The translations under genes and the position numbers were made by a program. Below, piece by piece: positions 59,806 to 64,000 of a stretch of DNA of 64,000 nt. Position 1 is the stretch's first letter; every line of letters begins with the position of its first letter. Source of the stretch: Eubacteriales bacterium (lineage in GTDB: Bacteria; Bacillota; Clostridia; Oscillospirales; CAG-272); contig JAZKXO010000003.1 of assembly GCA_045611685.1 (NCBI GenBank), positions 20,767 to 84,766 of the forward strand. Reading direction: 5' to 3'. Below the pieces are notes generated by a model. It made no database searches, had not been told where the DNA came from, and was given only the letters and a program-made list of their open reading frames with translations.

Positions 59806-61893
59806 TTAACCGTTGTTTTTAGCGCGGGTAGTAACGATCTCGTCCTGAATAGACTTCGGCACGGGTGCGAAGTGTGCGGGCTCCATGGAGTACATGGCAC
59901 GACCCTGGGAACGAGAACGAAGGTCGGTTGCGTAACCGAACATGTTAGCCAGCGGAACGAATGCCAGAACTTCGGTAGCACCGTTGCCCTGGGGCTCCAT
60001 GGACTGGATCAGACCGCGACGGGAGTTGAAGTCGCCGATGATATCGCCGAGGTAGTCGTCGGGCGTAATGGTAACGACCTTCATGACAGGCTCGGTGAGA
60101 ACGGGGTCTGCGAGTCTCATAGCTTCCTTGAACGCCATAGAACCGGCAATCTTGAACGCCATTTCCGAAGAGTCAACTTCGTGGTAAGAACCGTCATACA
60201 GAGTAACCTTAACGTCTACGACGTTGTAGCCGGCGAGAACACCGTTCTGCATAGCGCCCTGAATACCCTGGTTAACAGGCTCGATGAATTCCTTCGGAAT
60301 TGCCCCGCCGGTAACCGCGTTGACAAATTCGTATCCTGCACCGGGCTCGTTCGGCTCAAGAGTAATCTTGACATGACCGTACTGACCGGGACCACCGGAC
60401 TGACGCTTGTACTTGCATTCGTGATCGACTTTCTTGCGAACAGTCTCCTTGTATGCAACCTGCGGTTTACCGATGTTTGCCTCTACCTTGAATTCACGGA
60501 GGAGTCGGTCCACGATGATTTCGAGGTGGAGCTCACCCATGCCGGCGATGATGGTCTGACCGGTTTCTTCATCCGTGTAGGTACGGAACGTGGGATCTTC
60601 CTCAGCGAGCTTCGAGAGAGCGATACCCATCTTCTCCTGACCGGCACGGGTCTTCGGCTCAATAGCCTGACGGATAACCGGCTCAGGGAATTCCATGTTC
60701 TCAAGGATGATCGGGTGCTTCGGATCACAGAAGGTATCACCGGTAGTGGTGTACTTCGTGGAAACAACGGCAGCGATATCACCTGCATAGCAGTGATCGA
60801 TATCGGTACGGTTGTTGGCGTGCATCTGCAGAACGCGGCCGAAACGCTCGGACTTGTCCTTAGAGGAGTTGTAAACGGAAGAACCGGATTCAACTACGCC
60901 GGAATACACGCGGAAGAAGCAGAGCTTACCAACAAACGGGTCGGTCGTGATCTTGAACGCCAGAGCAGAGAAGGGTTCTTCATCGGAAGAATGACGAGCC
61001 TCTTCTTCGCCGGTATCGGGGTTCACACCGGTGATATCCGGAATGTCGGTAGGAGCGGGCATGTAATCGATAACTGCGTCGAGCAGTTTCTGAACGCCCT
61101 TGTTCTTATAGGAAGTTCCGCATACGACGGGAACGATCTTGTTGTCGATCGTAGCCTTGCGGAGAGCAACCTTCAGTTCGTCGATGGTGATCTCTTCGCC
61201 TTCGCAGTACTTCATGAAGAGATCCTCATCGGTTTCGCAGATGGATTCAACCATCTGGGAGCGGTACTTTTCAGCCAGCTCCTTCATGTCGTCCGGAATC
61301 GGCTCGACACGCATGTCCTTGCCCAGATCATCGTAGTAGATGTCTGCTTCCATGTTCATCAGATCGATGATGCCACGGAAGGTGCTTTCAGCACCGATGG
61401 GGAGCTGAATCGGAACAGCGTTTGCGTGGAGTCTGTCGTGCATCATTTCAACAACGCGGAAGAAATTTGCACCGTTGATGTCCATCTTGTTGACGTAACC
61501 CATGCGCGGGACCTTGTACTTATCGGCCTGTCTCCAAACCGTTTCGGACTGCGGTTCAACGCCGCCTTTTGCGCAGAAAACGGTTACAGAGCCGTCGAGC
61601 ACGCGAAGAGAACGCTCAACTTCTACCGTAAAGTCAACGTGACCGGGGGTATCAATGATGTTGATTCGCGTATCTTTCCAGAAACAGGTGGTAGCGGCAG
61701 AGGTAATGGTAATACCTCTTTCCTGCTCCTGCTCCATCCAGTCCATGGTAGCGCCGCCTTCGTGCGTCTCACCCATCTTGTGCGTCTTACCCGTGTAGAA
61801 CAGGATACGCTCGGTGGTGGTCGTCTTACCGGCGTCGATATGTGCCATGATACCGATATTTCTGGTACGCTCAAGTGAATATTCCCTTGGCAT
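59806..61893 (-). CDS. fusA: Elongation factor G
   Basis: [32 protein letters not shown]. Confidence 0.99.
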   Translation of the reverse strand: MPREYSLERTRNIGIMAHIDAGKTTTTERILFYTGKTHKMGETHEGGATMDWMEQEQERGITITSAATTCFWKDTRINIIDTPGHVDFTVEVERSLRVLDGSVTVFCAKGGVEPQSETVWRQADKYKVPRMGYVNKMDINGANFFRVVEMMHDRLHANAVPIQLPIGAESTFRGIIDLMNMEADIYYDDLGKDMRVEPIPDDMKELAEKYRSQMVESICETDEDLFMKYCEGEEITIDELKVALRKATIDNKIVPVVCGTSYKNKGVQKLLDAVIDYMPAPTDIPDITGVNPDTGEEEARHSSDEEPFSALAFKITTDPFVGKLCFFRVYSGVVESGSSVYNSSKDKSERFGRVLQMHANNRTDIDHCYAGDIAAVVSTKYTTTGDTFCDPKHPIILENMEFPEPVIRQAIEPKTRAGQEKMGIALSKLAEEDPTFRTYTDEETGQTIIAGMGELHLEIIVDRLLREFKVEANIGKPQVAYKETVRKKVDHECKYKRQSGGPGQYGHVKITLEPNEPGAGYEFVNAVTGGAIPKEFIEPVNQGIQGAMQNGVLAGYNVVDVKVTLYDGSYHEVDSSEMAFKIAGSMAFKEAMRLADPVLTEPVMKVVTITPDDYLGDIIGDFNSRRGLIQSMEPQGNGATEVLAFVPLANMFGYATDLRSRSQGRAMYSMEPAHFAPVPKSIQDEIVTTRAKNNG

Positions 61894-61952
61894 ATTTGAT
61901 GTTTCTCCTTTTGGTTAAACAAAGCAGCAAAGCTTACGCTGCAATCCGTATA

Positions 61953-62423
61953 TTAATATCTGAAATGCGCGAATGCCTTGTTGGCTTCTGCCATCTTGTG
62001 GACTTCTTCCTTCTTCTTGAAGGCGCCGCCGGCGCTGTTCTTAGCGTCAACGATTTCTGCTGCAAGGCGCTCAGCCATCGTACGTTCGGATCTGTTGCGT
62101 GCGGCGTTAGTGAGCCAACGCAGACCGAGCGTCTGACGTCTTTCTGCGCGAACTTCCATAGGAACCTGGTAGTTGGCACCACCTACGCGGCGAGCCTTTA
62201 CTTCCAGAACAGGCATTACGTTGTCCAATGCTTCAGTGAAAACTTCCAGAGCATTCTGTCCCTGCTTTTCTTCAACCATCTGGAATGCATCGTAAACGAT
62301 CTTCTGAGCTACGCCCTTCTTACCGTCGAGCATAATGTTGTTGATGAGCTTGGTTACAGTCTTGGAATTGTAAAGCGGATCCGGCAGCACATCTCTTTTA
62401 GAAATCTGACCTCTTCTCGACAC
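61953..62423 (-). CDS. rpsG: 30S ribosomal protein S7 (GTG start)
   Basis: [23 protein letters not shown]. Confidence 0.98.
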   Translation of the reverse strand: MSRRGQISKRDVLPDPLYNSKTVTKLINNIMLDGKKGVAQKIVYDAFQMVEEKQGQNALEVFTEALDNVMPVLEVKARRVGGANYQVPMEVRAERRQTLGLRWLTNAARNRSERTMAERLAAEIVDAKNSAGGAFKKKEEVHKMAEANKAFAHFRY

Positions 62424-62586
62424 TGTACTTCCCTCCTTCATTAAAAATAGATGAGATCATAGGTACTCGAAAGATGCTTTCGCAAGTGCCGGCCGGCCAG
62501 ATGTATATAAACAATATCACATACAGTCTGTTCCCGTGCTTGGCACGCTGAAAGGGAACTTTACGAGGATCAAAGAACTTTAAGAA

Positions 62587-63009
62587 TTACTTCTTAGCGG
62601 CCTTTGCGCGCTTTGCGCCGTACTTGGAACGGCTCTGGTTGCGGTTAGCAACACCCTGTGCATCGAGCGTACCACGGATAATGTGATAACGGACACCAGG
62701 GAGGTCACGAACACGGCCGCCGCGAATAAGAACGACGGAGTGCTCCTGCAGGTTGTGACCGATACCCGGAATGTAAGCGGTTGCCTCCATGCCGTTGGTA
62801 AGTCTTACTTTCGCAAACTTACGAAGAGCCGAGTTCGGCTTCTTAGGCGTGGTGGTACCTACCTTCGTGCAGACGCCGCGCTTCTGAGGCGCGCTCTGAT
62901 CGATTGCCTTGTTCTTCAGCGAGTTGAAGCCCTTCTGAAGTACCGGGGCTTTGGACTTGTAGGTCTTGTCGGTTCTGCCCTGTTTGACAAGCTGGTTAAA
63001 GGTTGGCAT
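62587..63009 (-). CDS. rpsL: 30S ribosomal protein S12
   Basis: [33 protein letters not shown]. Confidence 0.98.
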   Translation of the reverse strand: MPTFNQLVKQGRTDKTYKSKAPVLQKGFNSLKNKAIDQSAPQKRGVCTKVGTTTPKKPNSALRKFAKVRLTNGMEATAYIPGIGHNLQEHSVVLIRGGRVRDLPGVRYHIIRGTLDAQGVANRNQSRSKYGAKRAKAAKK

Positions 63010-63130
63010 TCTTTTTCCTCCTTCTTTCGTAATATTGTTTATATACATCGGCGGAAAGAGAACCCGCCAAAGTATCGAGGTTTTTTCGTTTTTGCGCACA
63101 GAAAAAACTGCACACACAAACGTACAGCAT

Positions 63131-63159
63131 ATTATAACATTTTAATCCCGCGCTGTCAA
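63131..63159 (-). promoter_or_regulatory. sigA promoter of the str operon
   Basis: TTGACA-17-TATAAT with extended TG. Confidence 0.85.
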
Positions 63160-63350
63160 GCATTTTTTTCTAATAAATACAATGAAAATAGATTTTCCTA
63201 TTCCTACAAATTTATGCGTAAAAAGTGCTGATATTTGTGATTTTTATGCCTGTTTTTCCACCGCTACACAAACGCATTCCGAAATAACGAAAAGGGCGTG
63301 ATCTTTCGATCACACCCTTGTTCATTTTTATGGGGATTCAGGCGGTTCGA

Positions 63351-64000
<650 letters not shown>

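Noticed and set aside
58518-61878. Long plus-strand ORFs antisense to tuf and fusA (also to metK, prkC, obgE, fakA)
   Set aside because: Shadow ORFs produced by codon bias of the real genes; no RBS or recognisable motifs
63160-63350. L7Ae-like (ybxF) gene between rpoC and rpsL
   Set aside because: No suitable ORF; the region holds a terminator and AT-rich promoter-upstream DNA

Overview
Mostly core-genome DNA of a spore-forming Clostridia-class Bacillota bacterium (moderately GC-rich, most genes on the minus strand). It carries dnaB(partial)-rplI-gdpP, murD, marR-fakB-fakA, the yicC-remA-gmk-rpoZ-priA-def-fmt-rsmB-rlmN-prpC-prkC-rsgA-thiN-spoVM cluster, five tRNAs, obgE, pfkA, a minimal sufC/sufBD pair, topB, serS, clpB with a perfect CIRCE, feoAB/dtxR, tsaE/tsaB/rpiB, recD2/comF, metK (SAM-I riboswitch), ribU (FMN riboswitch) and rpoC(3')-rpsL-rpsG-fusA-tuf. 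Main unexplained signals: (1) a 595-bp transposase-less element (24-bp TIRs, 8-bp target duplication) built as promoter/site/passenger/inverted site/terminator, whose promoter-site-RBS layout recurs in a second AT-rich islet behind tRNA-Ser, suggesting a gene-cassette system; (2) a 21-bp long-range mRNA helix enclosing the whole rpsL cistron; (3) a catalytic-domain-less transposase-derived protein with clamp-binding-like motifs; (4) a TetM-like GTPase fused to a NYN RNase; (5) a repeated sigK/sigE-like promoter motif linking an unannotated spoVM, feoAB and a small ORF. All calls were made by eye; no database searches were run.
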